Made by a program: the position numbers and the translations under genes. DNA of 64,000 bases from Escherichia phage BYEP02: the sequence record OR757454.1, one strand, 5' to 3'. The notes under the pieces are model-generated. The model did not search any database and was not told the origin of the DNA. It saw only the letters and a list, made by a program, of their open reading frames with translations. Within the stretch, counting starts at the first letter, position 1. Each line of letters starts with the position of its first letter. Shown in pieces: positions 9,423-20,746 of this stretch.

Positions 9423-11272
9423 TTAATTAACTCCAGTCGCATCAAATACACCAGGAGCAGTTGTGCTTGTGACAGGTGTCATATTATGAACGACAGTATT
9501 TTTCTTAATAACATTATTAGTATTATTGATTGAAGGAGATGCTTGCTGAACAGGAGCTTGCTGTGCTTTGTTCTTTTCAATAACCTGGACCTGTTTCGCT
9601 TCTGGCGATTTAGCAGAAGTTTCAGGTTTGGCATTAGGCTGATTTTTCTTGAGCTCTTGATAAGTAGCATCAATTTTAGAAAATCTAGCAGCAAGTTCTT
9701 TTTTAACTGCCGGTGAATTGTTTAAATCCGGGTCATCCATCCGTTTTTTAAGGTCTTCATAGGCAGATTCAACAGATTTAACCGTTGAGTCTTTACTCAT
9801 ATCAGCTGAATCAGCATATTTTTCAAAACGAATCATCGCGGCACGTGCTTCATTAGCCTTCATTAAAGCATTTTTTCTTTCTTCAGGTGAAAGCTGCTTT
9901 AATTTTTCTTCTTCTGCTGCACGTTCTTCGTCGGTAGTTAGTGCTTCTTTATTATCAACACCGCGAATCCAATTAGATGCACGAGTTTTCCAATTAGCAA
10001 TTTTATCTAATCCTTTTGCTATCGGACCAAGGTCTCCGTTCATTCGTTTATCTTGATAATTTGCAACTTTTTCTTGGTCTTCTTTATTGAGAGATGCTCC
10101 AGTAGAATTTTGGAAATTTTCCAATGCTCTTCCTTCTACTTCATCAGCAGTATCCTTCATACCAGGAATGACTCGAAGAATTGCTGCAGATAATTTAGCC
10201 ATACCTAATTGAATAAGCTCTCCTAAATTAAAAAGAACACTTCCAAGTCCTTCTATGATAGCTGTTGTCAATCCACCCCAATCTCCCGCTTCCCAAAGTT
10301 GTTTAATTTTATCAATAGAATCAAAGATGCTCTGTAATAAAGGACCCCACCACCCCAATCTCCCGCTTCCCAAAGTTGTTTAATTTTATCAATAGAATCA
10401 AAGATGCTCTGTAATAAAGGACCCCATGTTCCGGTTTCGCTAGAGAATTTAGTAAAATCAGTACTATATAAATCCCAGGCTTTTGAAAATTTATCTGACC
10501 AGTATTTAAAATGAACCATCAACAGGTCTATTCCAACAACAACAGCCAATATCATTGCAGTCATTTTAGCAGCTTCAATAGCAGCACTAACGGTATACTT
10601 AAATAGCATGCTTGATATTTTATCAGTAATTGAAATAGATTTCTTAAATCCAAAATCAACTGTCTTTGTTAATTTATCTAAAGCTTGAGATAATTTTAAG
10701 TTAAATGCTTCTTTTTTCTGTTTTTCTTCTGGTGATTCTTGTTTGGGTTCAACTGGTTGAGGGGTAGGGAAAAAATCAGCGTCAGGATCATTATTAACTG
10801 CTTCGGGAGCTGGTAATAAAGGACCCACAGATTCGGCAGTATCATCCTCAACGACTTTAACAGGAATAGCGCTTTCAACCGTGGCTAAACTAGTTCCCGT
10901 CTGTTGAATTCCAGCTGTCTGAATTTTTTGCTCTAGTAAACTTGTTAATTTATCTAATTTGCTTCCGAGTGATTCACCGATTTCTTTATTAATATTGTTG
11001 CCAATTTCGACAGTTTCAGCAATTAACTCAGAACCAGCAGTAGTATCACTCACTGCGCTTTCTACGTTATCAATTGCTCCAATTATTTCATTCGATTTTT
11101 CTTCGACAGTTTGAGCTATTAATTCAGAAGCAGCTTGAGCATCATCCAATTTCGTAGAAATGTCATTAAGCCCAGATAAAGTATTAGAAGCGGATTTAGC
11201 CGCTTCCTGTGTTGGTTTATTATCTGAAATAACTTTTCTACGCATCGTTTGCATTTCTTGTGGCTTTTTCAT
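9423..11272 (-). CDS. 29: tail tape-measure / baseplate hub protein, one 77-nt duplication inside
   Basis: Length 1850 nt = 590 aa + stop + 77; gene order 28-29-48. Confidence 0.8.
10273..10426. repeat. 77-nt tandem duplication
   Basis: Period 77 verified; in gene 29. Confidence 0.9.
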
Positions 11273-11802
11273 TCAAATAATCCAATAATATTGCCAATTC
11301 CAGTTATTGGACCATTAGGGCCAGGAATTGCTAAAGTTGTAAAAATATCATTTGCCCATTTTAAAACGAATGCTGGCATCTCAAGAAAATTAATTTCTTT
11401 AACTTCATCATTGACCTTAAGCAAGCATTTGGATAACATATCGCTCACAGTTAAAAATTGTTCAAATTTTCCAGGCGGTCTAAAATAAAATGTATTTCCT
11501 TGGTATTGAAATTCTAATCTTTGGCATACATAAACATCATTAATGTCATAAGTATAACCATCTATTTCTTTACGAGATTTAATCTTTCCATTAAATTCCA
11601 ATAAATGAATAGAAACGAAATCAACTTCTGCTGGTGATAAATTCGGACAAATAGAATCGATCAAAAGTTTTAAATTTTCATCAGGACCTTTAACATCTTT
11701 TAAAATGTTATAATGTTTAAGACCCATTTTAGGAATAGAAACTTCTTTATTGCTTATTGGAAGAACTACTTTCTTCAGTGGTAGTATCAGATTTAAATTC
11801 AT
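11269..11802 (-). CDS. 28: baseplate hub distal subunit (177 aa)
   Basis: 177 aa as in T4 gp28; gene order. Confidence 0.8.
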
Positions 11803-12999
11803 TTTTAACCTTAACTGGGTCTATTGTTTCCAGTTTCGTTGCATTAGTGAACATATATAGATGAGTTACTGAATTATTATTGGATAATTCATGGATAACT
11901 TCATCAACGTAAAATTCTGTTTTAAATTGGTTTTTACTATCATTAAAAATAATTTTAACGATAATTCATGGATAACTTCATCAACGTAAAATTCTGTTTT
12001 AAATTGGTTTTTACTATCATTAAAAATAATTTTAACACCAGGAGTCAAGTTAAAATTACCGACAGTAGAACATTTAGCATAGCCATCATATTGCGCCATA
12101 GTTTGAAGACGAATAGCTTCTTCATATCCATTCCTATAAGTCATTTCAGAATAAGCACCTGACCTTGACACTACAATAGAGTTTTCTCCCTTTCCTGTAG
12201 TAATCATTGGCAATGAAGAATCTAAAAATGAATGAGCATAGATAGTAGCGTTTTTCATTGGGTCACGTTTGTGAGGATTCGATTTAGTCAACCAAACGAA
12301 ATCATATGCTAATGGATATTTTAATTCTTGGATGAATTGACCTATTAAAGATGGCTCACCGACAATCATTGGATACGGTTCTTGATTTATCATCATATCA
12401 TAGTCCATCATGTTAACTCCCATGATGTCTTGCCACACAAATACAAATTTGTCACTTCCTACAGCTAGAGCAACTTCTCTAACATACGACAAATAGTTTT
12501 CAAATGTGCTAGTCCATGGAATATCAGGAACATAAGCATTTATAGCATTTATTGCTGGAGTTAATAATGTACGGTCTTGATAAATGACGCCAAGCATTTC
12601 TTTTATAGATTCACCTGCATCAGGGAAAAATGGTCTACCAAATTTAAGATTTTCTATAGAATGAATAGTTCCCAATTCAATAGCAATGATGTTATCGCCT
12701 TTTGAATCGACTGACACGGAAAAATGCTTACATCCATAAATTCGTGTTTTAACATTATTAATATCATTTGCATTAGCTACAGAAATCTGAATTATTTCAT
12801 TTCCATCCATTTTTGTATGGATGTTTTTAGAATCATAAAACTGCAGCATTCCTTCATTTCGGCCATAAAGAGAATCCCGCATAGTTAATGTGGTAATAGT
12901 AGCAGCTAATTCAACAAATCTATTATTACTCCAAGCGTCGTAGCTATCAAATAATTTAACGCTGAGATTTGGATATCCGGGGCGTTGCAACATACTCAT
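11757..12999 (-). CDS. 27: baseplate hub protein, one 77-nt duplication near the 3' end
   Basis: Recognised gp27-like translation; with one copy removed the frame continues ...[15 protein letters not shown]...SSSSNKQ to a stop near 11758, overlapping the gp28 start. Confidence 0.8.
11888..12041. repeat. 77-nt tandem duplication
   Basis: Period 77 verified; in gene 27 3' region. Confidence 0.9.
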
Positions 13000-13748
13000 T
13001 ATTGTTTATCCTTCTCAATCAGTTTTAATACGAATCCGCGCTCAGCAGGAATCATTTTCATTATTGAATTTAAGCTATAATTACTTTTTACGAGTGTGTG
13101 ATTAATTTGATAAAAAGTAAATATCTCATCTGGGTTAACTAATAGCTTAAACACGTCTACTATATCAGTGTATTTTTTAATGTACTTATTACAGCATGAC
13201 ATATGTAGAGTTAAATTAATAGGATTCATTGCATCGAGAATTTTTTCTAATGTTTCTATCTCGATGGCGTCAACGAGTTCTATTTGACTGGACTCGCTAA
13301 TTTCCTTCCAATCATACCAAGTTTCATCTACTTGAACAGAATGAATATTTTCAGTAATCATCTTTGCTTTATTTTCATAAAACTCAGAAGGAAACTTTAA
13401 TTTAATTTTAACATTAGCTACATCAAAAACAGGTTCCTTTAATTCTTTTTGATATATTTCAAATGGAACTGTCTTTTCTTTTTTACATTTTGGACATACG
13501 AATGTGACTGGTACTTTTGTTTTACCTATCGACCCTACAAATACCTGCAAAAATATAAATGGTTGCCAAGTCTTCGGATAGTCTCCAAAATAATCATCAA
13601 TTAAATCAGTAATTATTTCTTTTTGTTCTTGTGGTGACCGATGTTCTATATCGTTTCGAACTAACAAAAAATCTCGATAATCTTCTACCGTAAATGGTTT
13701 AAAACGATGAACACCATCTGGTAATTTACAACGAATAATGTTTGCCAT
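12999..13748 (-). CDS. 51: baseplate hub assembly protein (249 aa)
   Basis: 249 aa matches T4 gp51; divergent from gp26 with shared late-promoter palindrome. Confidence 0.75.
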   Translation of the reverse strand: MANIIRCKLPDGVHRFKPFTVEDYRDFLLVRNDIEHRSPQEQKEIITDLIDDYFGDYPKTWQPFIFLQVFVGSIGKTKVPVTFVCPKCKKEKTVPFEIYQKELKEPVFDVANVKIKLKFPSEFYENKAKMITENIHSVQVDETWYDWKEISESSQIELVDAIEIETLEKILDAMNPINLTLHMSCCNKYIKKYTDIVDVFKLLVNPDEIFTFYQINHTLVKSNYSLNSIMKMIPAERGFVLKLIEKDKQ

Positions 13749-13765
13749 AGATGCTCCTTTTATTC

Positions 13766-13773
13766 TATTTATA
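13766..13773 (-). promoter_or_regulatory. late promoter core TATAAATA (gene 51)
   Basis: Reverse-strand TATAAATA overlapping the gene 26 promoter; 18 nt upstream of gp51 ATG. Confidence 0.6.
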
Positions 13774-13777
13774 AATA
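13770..13777 (+). promoter_or_regulatory. late promoter core TATAAATA (gene 26)
   Basis: Exact motif 22 nt upstream of gp26 ATG; part of palindrome TATTTATAAATA. Confidence 0.65.
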
Positions 13778-13798
13778 TGATAAATAAAGGAGCTAAAT

Positions 13799-14425
13799 AT
13801 GTATGAATACAAATTTGATGTGAGAGTTGGTTCTAAAATAATCAATTGTCGCGCATTCACGCTTAAAGAATATCTAGAACTTATTACTGCCAAAAATAAT
13901 GGTTCTGTAGAAGTAATTGTTAAAAAGCTAATCAAAGACTGCACAAATGCAAAAGATTTAAACCGCCAAGAATCAGAACTATTATTGATTCATTTATGGG
14001 CACATTCTCTCGGCGAAGTTAATCACGAAAACTCCTGGAAGTGCACCTGTGGAACTGAAATACCAACCCATATAAATCTATTACATACACAAATAGATGC
14101 ACCAGAAGACCTCTGGTATACACTGGGTGACATTAAAATTAAATTCCGATACCCTAAAATTTTTGATGATAAAAATATAGCCCACATGATAGTATCATGC
14201 ATAGAAACGATTCATGCTAACGGGGAAAGCATTCCAGTTGAAGACTTAAATGAAAAGGAACTAGAAGATTTATATTCTATCATCACAGAGTCAGATATTG
14301 TAGCTATAAAAGATATGCTTTTAAAACCTACCGTTTATTTGGCTGTTCCAATTAAGTGTCCAGAGTGTGGAAAAACCCATGCTCACGTAATAAGAGGCCT
14401 CAAAGAGTTCTTTGAGTTACTATAA
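13799..14425 (+). CDS. 26: baseplate hub subunit (208 aa)
   Basis: 208 aa; order 51/26/25/uvsY; TATAAATA 22 nt upstream. Confidence 0.8.
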   Translation: MYEYKFDVRVGSKIINCRAFTLKEYLELITAKNNGSVEVIVKKLIKDCTNAKDLNRQESELLLIHLWAHSLGEVNHENSWKCTCGTEIPTHINLLHTQIDAPEDLWYTLGDIKIKFRYPKIFDDKNIAHMIVSCIETIHANGESIPVEDLNEKELEDLYSIITESDIVAIKDMLLKPTVYLAVPIKCPECGKTHAHVIRGLKEFFELL

Positions 14426-14823
14426 TGGCAAATATTAATAAGCTTTATTCTGATATTGACCCGGAAATGAAAATGGATTGGAACAAAGATGTTTCCAGAT
14501 CACTTGGATTAAGGTCAATTAAAAACAGTCTTTTGGGAATTATTACAACAAGAAAAGGTTCAAGACCGTTTGACCCTGAATTTGGATGTGATTTGTCCGA
14601 CCAGCTTTTTGAAAATATGACTCCTCTTACTGCTGACACAGTTGAGCGCAATATCGAAAGCGCAGTAAGAAACTATGAGCCACGTATTGATAAATTATCA
14701 GTTAATGTAATACCAGTTTATGATGATTATACTCTGATAGTAGAAATACGCTTTTCGGTCATCGATAACCCCGATGATATTGAGCAGATAAAACTGCAAC
14801 TGGCTTCCAGTAATAGAGTATAA
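14425..14823 (+). CDS. 25: baseplate wedge protein gp25 (132 aa)
   Basis: 132 aa; recognised translation [19 protein letters not shown]; start overlaps gp26 stop. Confidence 0.85.
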   Translation: MANINKLYSDIDPEMKMDWNKDVSRSLGLRSIKNSLLGIITTRKGSRPFDPEFGCDLSDQLFENMTPLTADTVERNIESAVRNYEPRIDKLSVNVIPVYDDYTLIVEIRFSVIDNPDDIEQIKLQLASSNRV

Positions 14824-14889
14824 TGCTTCACGTTAAAACGTGGTATAATGAATCTAAGTCCATCCAATAACAATTGAATAGAGAACAAT

Positions 14890-15303
14890 ATGAGATTAGA
14901 AGATCTTCAAGAAGAATTGAAGAAAGATGTGTTTATAGATTCGACTAAATTGCAGTATGAAGCAGCTAATAATGTGATGTTATATAGTAAATGGCTTAAT
15001 AAGCATTCAAGTATTAAAAAGGAAATGCTTAGAATTGATGCACAGAAAAAAGTTGCTCTTAAAGCTAAATTAGACTACTACTCGGGACGAGGAGATGGTG
15101 ATGAATTTAGTATGGATCGTTACGAGAAATCAGAAATGAAGACAGTTCTATCAGCTGATAAGGATGTTTTAAAGGTTGATACCTCGCTGCAGTATTGGGG
15201 GATTTTATTGGATTTCTGTAGCGGAGCTCTTGATGCTATCAAATCACGTGGATTTGCTATTAAGCATATTCAAGACATGCGGGCATTTGAGGCTGGAAAA
15301 TAA
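14890..15303 (+). CDS. uvsY: recombination mediator UvsY (137 aa)
   Basis: 137 aa; translation MRLEDLQEELKKDVF recognised. Confidence 0.9.
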   Translation: MRLEDLQEELKKDVFIDSTKLQYEAANNVMLYSKWLNKHSSIKKEMLRIDAQKKVALKAKLDYYSGRGDGDEFSMDRYEKSEMKTVLSADKDVLKVDTSLQYWGILLDFCSGALDAIKSRGFAIKHIQDMRAFEAGK

Positions 15304-15527
15304 TGAGATATAGCATTGATGATGCTTTTAATTATGAAGAAGAATTTGAAACGGAAATTCAATTCTTAATGAAAAAGCATAATCTTAAGCGTCAGGATAT
15401 TCGTATCCTGGCCGATCACCCGTGTGGTGAAGATGTCCTTTATATTAAAGGAAAATTTGCCGGATATCTTGATGAATATTTTTATTCTAAAGATATGGGC
15501 ATTGATATGCATATGAGAGTTGTATAA
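15303..15527 (+). CDS. hypothetical protein (74 aa), uvsY-downstream
   Basis: ORF overlapping uvsY stop; its 3' end is duplicated by a 77-nt repeat. Confidence 0.5.
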   Translation: MRYSIDDAFNYEEEFETEIQFLMKKHNLKRQDIRILADHPCGEDVLYIKGKFAGYLDEYFYSKDMGIDMHMRVV

Positions 15528-15616
15528 ATAGATATATAGGATATCTTGATGAATATTTTTATTCTAAAGATATGGGCATTGATATGCATATGAGAGTTGT
15601 ATAAATAGATATATAA
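15463..15616. repeat. 77-nt tandem duplication
   Basis: Period 77 verified; 3' end of ORF 15303-15527. Confidence 0.9.
15600..15607 (+). promoter_or_regulatory. late promoter core TATAAATA (small ORF 15633)
   Basis: Exact motif about 26 nt upstream; a second copy at 15523-15530 lies in the duplicate. Confidence 0.4.
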
Positions 15617-15632
15617 TTCAGAGGAGACAATC

Positions 15633-15800
15633 ATGTCAGATAAGATTTGTGTTGTCTGTAAAACTCCAATCGATTCTGCATTGGTTGTTGAAACAGACAA
15701 AGGTCCTGTACATCCTGGGCCTTGCTATAATTACATTAAAGAACTACCAGTTTCAGAAAGTTCGGAAGAACAATTAAATGAAACACAACTTTTGCTATAG
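15633..15800 (+). CDS. small Cys-containing protein (55 aa), possible zinc ribbon
   Basis: MSDKICVVCKTP...GPCYNY; GAGGAG RBS; below the ORF-track size cutoff; TATAAATA about 26 nt upstream. Confidence 0.4.
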   Translation: MSDKICVVCKTPIDSALVVETDKGPVHPGPCYNYIKELPVSESSEEQLNETQLLL

Positions 15801-15820
15801 TGTGACCTTTAGTCTATAGT

Positions 15821-15850
15821 TTTGGCCCTTCCTTTTTGGTTGGGCCTTTT
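15821..15850. terminator. hairpin GGCCC...GGGCC plus T6 between convergent ORF 15633 and uvsW.1
   Basis: Stem GGCCC/GGGCC followed by TTTTTT. Confidence 0.45.
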
Positions 15851-16165
15851 TTAATTTAAAAGCTTTCTTCTACTTCATCGTCTGAATCTTCTAATTCAGC
15901 TCTTTTTCCTGCCAAAGCATCTCTCACAGAGATGTCATCAGTATCTTTTAATTCAGTTTCTTTGACTCTTTTCTTGTAATAAGCTTCAAGTTCTTCTAAA
16001 CCTTCTAATGTTTGACAAGAGGCAATTTTACCCATAAATTCATCAATAGAAGCTTCATAAAGAAATTGTTTAAATTACCTTCTAATGTTTGACAAGAGGC
16101 AATTTTACCCATAAATTCATCAATAGAAGCTTCATAAAGAAATTGTTTAAATCCTAGTAACATCT
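15846..16165 (-). CDS. UvsW.1-like small acidic protein, one 77-nt duplication inside
   Basis: MLLGFKQFLYEASIDEFMGKIASCQTLEG...; lies just downstream of uvsW after a hairpin. Confidence 0.5.
15999..16152. repeat. 77-nt tandem duplication
   Basis: Period 77 verified; in uvsW.1-like ORF. Confidence 0.85.
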
Positions 16166-16174
16166 TTTTCTCCA

Positions 16175-16190
16175 AAGGGCCGAAGCCCTT
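16175..16190 (-). terminator. hairpin AAGGGCCGAAGCCCTT after uvsW
   Basis: GC stem with GAAG loop immediately after uvsW stop. Confidence 0.5.
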
Positions 16191-17854
16191 ATAAATTAAC
16201 TGTTTTCATTACGTAATTAAATTTTTCATCTGCGTAGCGCTGAATACGATCAATGCCGTGTTTTAAAAGATAGTTCAAATGAACATATTTCTTTTTCGTA
16301 TTAGCAGATTTTGGCTTAACACCACAATCATCTATGAGGTCCCAGACTGTTGCGACTGTTTTAGAACCATGCTTACGTAATACACGACCGATTGTTTGTA
16401 ATACAATGATTTTTGATTTAACGCCGTGCGCTATGTCTTAGAACCATGCTTACGTAATACACGACCGATTGTTTGTAATACAATGATTTTTGATTTAACA
16501 CCGTGCGCTAAAACAACATGATGCAGATTTTTAACTGAAATACCAGTAGAAAATACACCATAACTCGCTACTATAATTATTCCTTTACCATTTTCAGCTA
16601 AGGTTTTCATTACGTTGCGGGTTTCGGTATCAACTTCCCCTGATACGTAATAAACTTTATCGTATTCATTTTTAATTAAATCGAAAATAGCTTTACCATG
16701 CGATACATGTTTAAACATGACAAAAGCGTTTTCATCTTTTTGTCATTTTTAATTAAATCGAAAATAGCTTTACCATGCGATACATGTTTAAACATGACAA
16801 AAGCGTTTTCATCTTTTTGTGCAAGCTTAATAGCTAATTTAGCGATCCATTTATTTCTTTTACTGAGCCCAGTAATAATTTTTATTTCTTCTTGGTAAGT
16901 TTTTCCCTTTAATTTAGTAGTGAACTCATCGGGATAGCGAAGAAAAATACTATTAATTTTTAACTCAGTTACTTGTCCATCTTCCATTAATTTAGAGGTC
17001 GTTACTGGCTTAAATATTTCACCAAACATTCCAACATACTGCATGATATTGGCTTTGCCGTCACGTAATGAACCAGACAAACCAAATTTAAACATGCAGT
17101 TATTTAAACCTGATATGATAGATGAAATACTTTTTCCTGTAGCAAGATGGCATTCATCATTCATCATCATTCCAAACTGTGAGAACCATTCTTTCGGTTG
17201 TTTAACTACAGTTTGCCATGTACCAACGACGACTGGTGCATCATTTTTATATTTATCATCTTTTGATGCTCCGCCACCAATTTTCTTTATCATTGCATGA
17301 CTGAATAAACGATAGTCAACAAAGTCATCAGCCATCTGAGTTGTCAGAGCAGTTGTTGGAACAATGATAAGAATTTTACCTTCATAATTTTCCAAATAAT
17401 ATCGCGCAAGCAAAGCTTGAATTAAAGATTTACCAGCAGATGTTGGAAGATTAAGAATTCTACGACGATTAACTAATCCTTCGAACACTGCATCTTTTTG
17501 ATACCAGTGCGGTTCAATTCTTTTATTTCCTGAATAGATTTCTAATTTAGAAAGCCATTCATCAAAATCTTTTCTTGATAATTCTTCTTTTTCGTTAATT
17601 TGTGGGTCAATCCAGGCTTTATAGCCAAAGTTATCACAGAACTTTTTAATTTGCCCGACTAAGCCGAATGGAAGAAGACGATTATAATCTAAAAGACGGA
17701 TTCGTCCATCCCAGTGGCCATATCTGTACTTCGGATTAAAACGATACCCATCAGCTTCAAAGCTAAAGAAATCACGGAGTTCATGAAATGTACTTTCTTC
17801 GCAATCAATTCTCACGTGACTAAAATCATAAAAATGTACTTTAATGTCAGTCAT
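16189..17854 (-). CDS. uvsW: SF2 helicase UvsW, two 77-nt duplications inside
   Basis: Walker A PTSAGKS and DECH box; about 503 aa once 154 nt of duplicate is removed; TATAAATA about 30 nt upstream. Confidence 0.85.
16358..16511. repeat. 77-nt tandem duplication
   Basis: Period 77 verified; in uvsW. Confidence 0.85.
16667..16820. repeat. 77-nt tandem duplication
   Basis: Period 77 verified; in uvsW. Confidence 0.85.
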
Positions 17855-17883
17855 GTCTAAATACCATGTAATAAATATATCTA

Positions 17884-17891
17884 TATTTATA
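17884..17891 (-). promoter_or_regulatory. late promoter core TATAAATA (uvsW)
   Basis: Reverse-strand motif about 30 nt upstream of uvsW ATG. Confidence 0.55.
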
Positions 17892-17904
17892 CTGAGGAAA
17901 TATT

Positions 17905-18661
17905 ATGATAGATAAAGATTATATTGCAGAGCTGAAGGCTCTTGATGATAATAAAGAAGCTAAGGCTAAATTAGCTGAATATGCTGAACAGTTTGGTATA
18001 AAGGTCAAAAAGAATAAATCTTTTGATAATATCGTTATTGATATTGAAGAAGCCCTCCAGAAGCTCGCTAGTGAACCTATGCCAGAGACTGATGGGTTAT
18101 CTATTAAAGACTTAATTGATGCTGCTGATGCCGCAGAGGGATTAAAATATGACGATGAAGAAGTCAATCCAGAAGCAGCACTTCTGATTGATTCTCCGGT
18201 TAAATCTGACATTAAAATTGAAGTAGTAGAAATGGATAAAATTCCCGAAAATACCGATGTTTTGATTGAAGATACTCCTTTTGTTGAAGAAAAATTTGAA
18301 CAGGCTGTAGCTGAGATTATTGAATCTGAAAAGCCGTCTGTATTTACTCTTCCGGAAAACTTTAGTCCGAATCTTCAGCTGATTGGAAAAAATCCAGGAT
18401 TCTGCACTGTTCCTTGGTGGATTTATCAATGGATAGCTGAAACTCCGGATTGGAAATCTCACCCAACTAGTTTTGAACATGCACTGTTCCTTGGTGGATT
18501 TATCAATGGATAGCTGAAACTCCGGATTGGAAATCTCACCCAACAAGTTTTGAGCATGCGTCAGCACACCAAACTTTATTTAGCTTAATTTATTACATTA
18601 ACCGTGACGGATCAGTTTTAATTCGTGAAACACGCAATTCTTCTTTCGTAACATTAAAATA
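17905..18661 (+). CDS. inh: Inh-like protein (inhibitor of prohead protease), one 77-nt duplication inside
   Basis: About 226 aa after removing the duplicate, matching T4 Inh length; position between uvsW and hoc; acidic. Confidence 0.45.
18404..18557. repeat. 77-nt tandem duplication
   Basis: Period 77 verified; in inh-like gene. Confidence 0.9.
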
Positions 18662-18671
18662 AGGATAACTT

Positions 18672-20167
18672 ATGACTTTTACAGTTGATATAACTCCTAA
18701 AACACCTACTGGAGTTATAGATGAGACTAAGCAGTTTACTGCTACGCCCAGTGGTCAAACTGGAGATGGACCTATTACCTATGCTTGGACTGTTGATGAT
18801 GCACCGCAGGAAGAAACGTCTGCAACTTTTAGTTATGTACTAAAAGGTCCTGCTGGACAAAAGACTATTAAGGTAGTTGCAACAAATCCAGTTCCTGATT
18901 CTGAAGCTGAAACAGCTGAAATTAGTACAACTATCACAGTTCAAAATAAGACACAAACAACTACTTTAGCTGTAACTCCTGGTAGCCCTGATGCTGGAGT
19001 GATTGGAACTCCAATTGAATTTACCGCTGCCTTAGCTTCACAGCCATCAGGTGCAAACGCTACATATCAATGGTACGTTGACGGTTCTCCTGTGGGCGAA
19101 GCAACTGGCACTACATTCAATTACACTCCTGACGCAAGCGGAGTTAAAACAATTAAGTGTGTAGCTCAAGTAACCGCGACAGATTATGATGCAAAGGAAG
19201 TTACTTCTAATGAAGTGTCACTGACTGTTAATAAGAAAACACAGACAACTACGTTAGCCGTAACTCCTGCTAATCCTCCAGCAGGAGTTATTGGAACCCC
19301 AGTTCAATTTACTGCTACCTTGGCTTCACAGCCACCAGGAGCGTCTGCTACGTATCAGTGGTATGTTGACGGTTCTCTGGTCGATGGAGAAACTACTACT
19401 ACATTTAACTATACTCCTACCACAGTTGGAGCTAAAACAGTTAAGTGTGTAGCGCAAGTAACTGCAGAAAATTACAATGAAAAGGAAGTTACTTCTAATG
19501 AAGTATCATTGACTGTTAATAAGAAAACAATGAATCCACGGGTTACATTGACTCCTCCTTCTATTAACGTTCAGCAAGATGCTTCGGCTACATTTACTGC
19601 TAATGTTACGGATGCTCCAGAAGAAGCACAAATCGAATATTCATGGAAGAAAGATTCTTCTCCAGTAGAAGGGTCAACTAATGTATACACTGTTGATACA
19701 TCATCTATTGGAAGTCAAACTATTGAAGTTACTGCAACTATTACTGCAACTGATTACGATAGCAAAACTATTACAGCAGAAGGTCAAGTTCAGGTAACTG
19801 ATAAAGTTGCTCCGGAACCAGAAGGTGAATTACCTTATGTTCATCCTCTTCCACATCGCACTTCAGCTTATATCTTGATAAAGTTGCTCCAGAACCAGAA
19901 GGTGAATTGCCTTATGTTCATCCTCTTCCACATCGCACTTCAGCTTACATCTGGTGCGGTTGGTGGGTTATGGATGAAATCCAAAAAATGACCGAAGAAG
20001 GTAAAGATTGGAAAACTGAAGATCCAGATAGTAAGTACTACTTGCATCGTTACACTCTTCAGAAGATGATGAAAGACTATCCAGAAGTTGATGTCCAAGA
20101 ATCGCGTAATGGATACATCATTCATAAAACTGCTTTAGAAACTGGTATCATCTATACCTATCCATAA
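18672..20167 (+). CDS. hoc: outer capsid protein Hoc with four Ig-like domains, one 77-nt duplication inside
   Basis: Ig-like repeats (TFTVDITPKTP...; QTTTLAVTP...) and capsid-binding C-terminus ...GIIYTYP; about 472 aa after removing the duplicate. Confidence 0.85.
18949..19542 (+). repeat. diverged in-frame 297-nt tandem repeat inside hoc (two Ig-like domains)
   Basis: Two 99-codon units NKKTQTTTLAVTP...EVTSNEVSLTVNKK, roughly 80-85% identical. Confidence 0.8.
19800..19953. repeat. 77-nt tandem duplication
   Basis: Period 77 verified; 3 mismatches, all synonymous; in hoc. Confidence 0.9.
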
Positions 20168-20172
20168 TCATA

Positions 20173-20192
20173 AGGGGCTTCGGCCCCTTTCT
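20173..20192 (+). terminator. intrinsic terminator AGGGGCTTCGGCCCCT + TTCTTCATTTT after hoc
   Basis: GC hairpin with UUCG loop and T-rich tail. Confidence 0.65.
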
Positions 20193-20256
20193 TCATTTTG
20201 AAAGCACACAAAACACAATCAGAAAATGATGTATATAATGGCACCAACTCGATAAC

Positions 20257-20472
20257 ATGAGATTGATTATGAGAACTGAGGTTGTGGTGTTTACTCTTCA
20301 TGAGTCTGGAAAGTCATTCATTGAAATTGCTCGTGAATTAAACTTACAGGCAAAAGAAGTGGCTGTATTATGGGCTCGAGCTATGACTGCTAAGAATAAA
20401 TTTGAAACTCGAGAAAAAGTTGTCTATAGAAAAAGACATATTAATAAAAAGGTGAAAAATGGAACAGTATGA
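20257..20472 (+). CDS. hypothetical protein, possible helix-turn-helix (71 aa)
   Basis: ORF; ESGKSFIEIARELNLQAKEV looks like an HTH. Confidence 0.4.
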   Translation: MRLIMRTEVVVFTLHESGKSFIEIARELNLQAKEVAVLWARAMTAKNKFETREKVVYRKRHINKKVKNGTV

Positions 20473-20737
20473 TCTTTATGAAAATGAATCTTTTGCTAAT
20501 CAATTACGCGAAAAAGCATTCAAAAGTAAACAGTTTAAGCTAGAGTGTTTTATTAAAGATTTTTCGGAACTTGCTAATAAAGCAGCTGAACAAGGTAAAA
20601 CACATTTTAATTATTATTGTATTGCTCGTGATAAATTGATTACTGAAGAAATTGGTGATTGGCTGAGAAAAGAAGGATTCAGCTTTAAAGTCAATAGTGA
20701 TCAGCGTGATGGTGATTGGTTAGAAATTACATTTTGA
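20459..20737 (+). CDS. hypothetical protein (92 aa)
   Basis: ORF overlapping previous gene. Confidence 0.5.
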   Translation: MEQYDLYENESFANQLREKAFKSKQFKLECFIKDFSELANKAAEQGKTHFNYYCIARDKLITEEIGDWLRKEGFSFKVNSDQRDGDWLEITF

Positions 20738-20746
20738 GGATTAATT

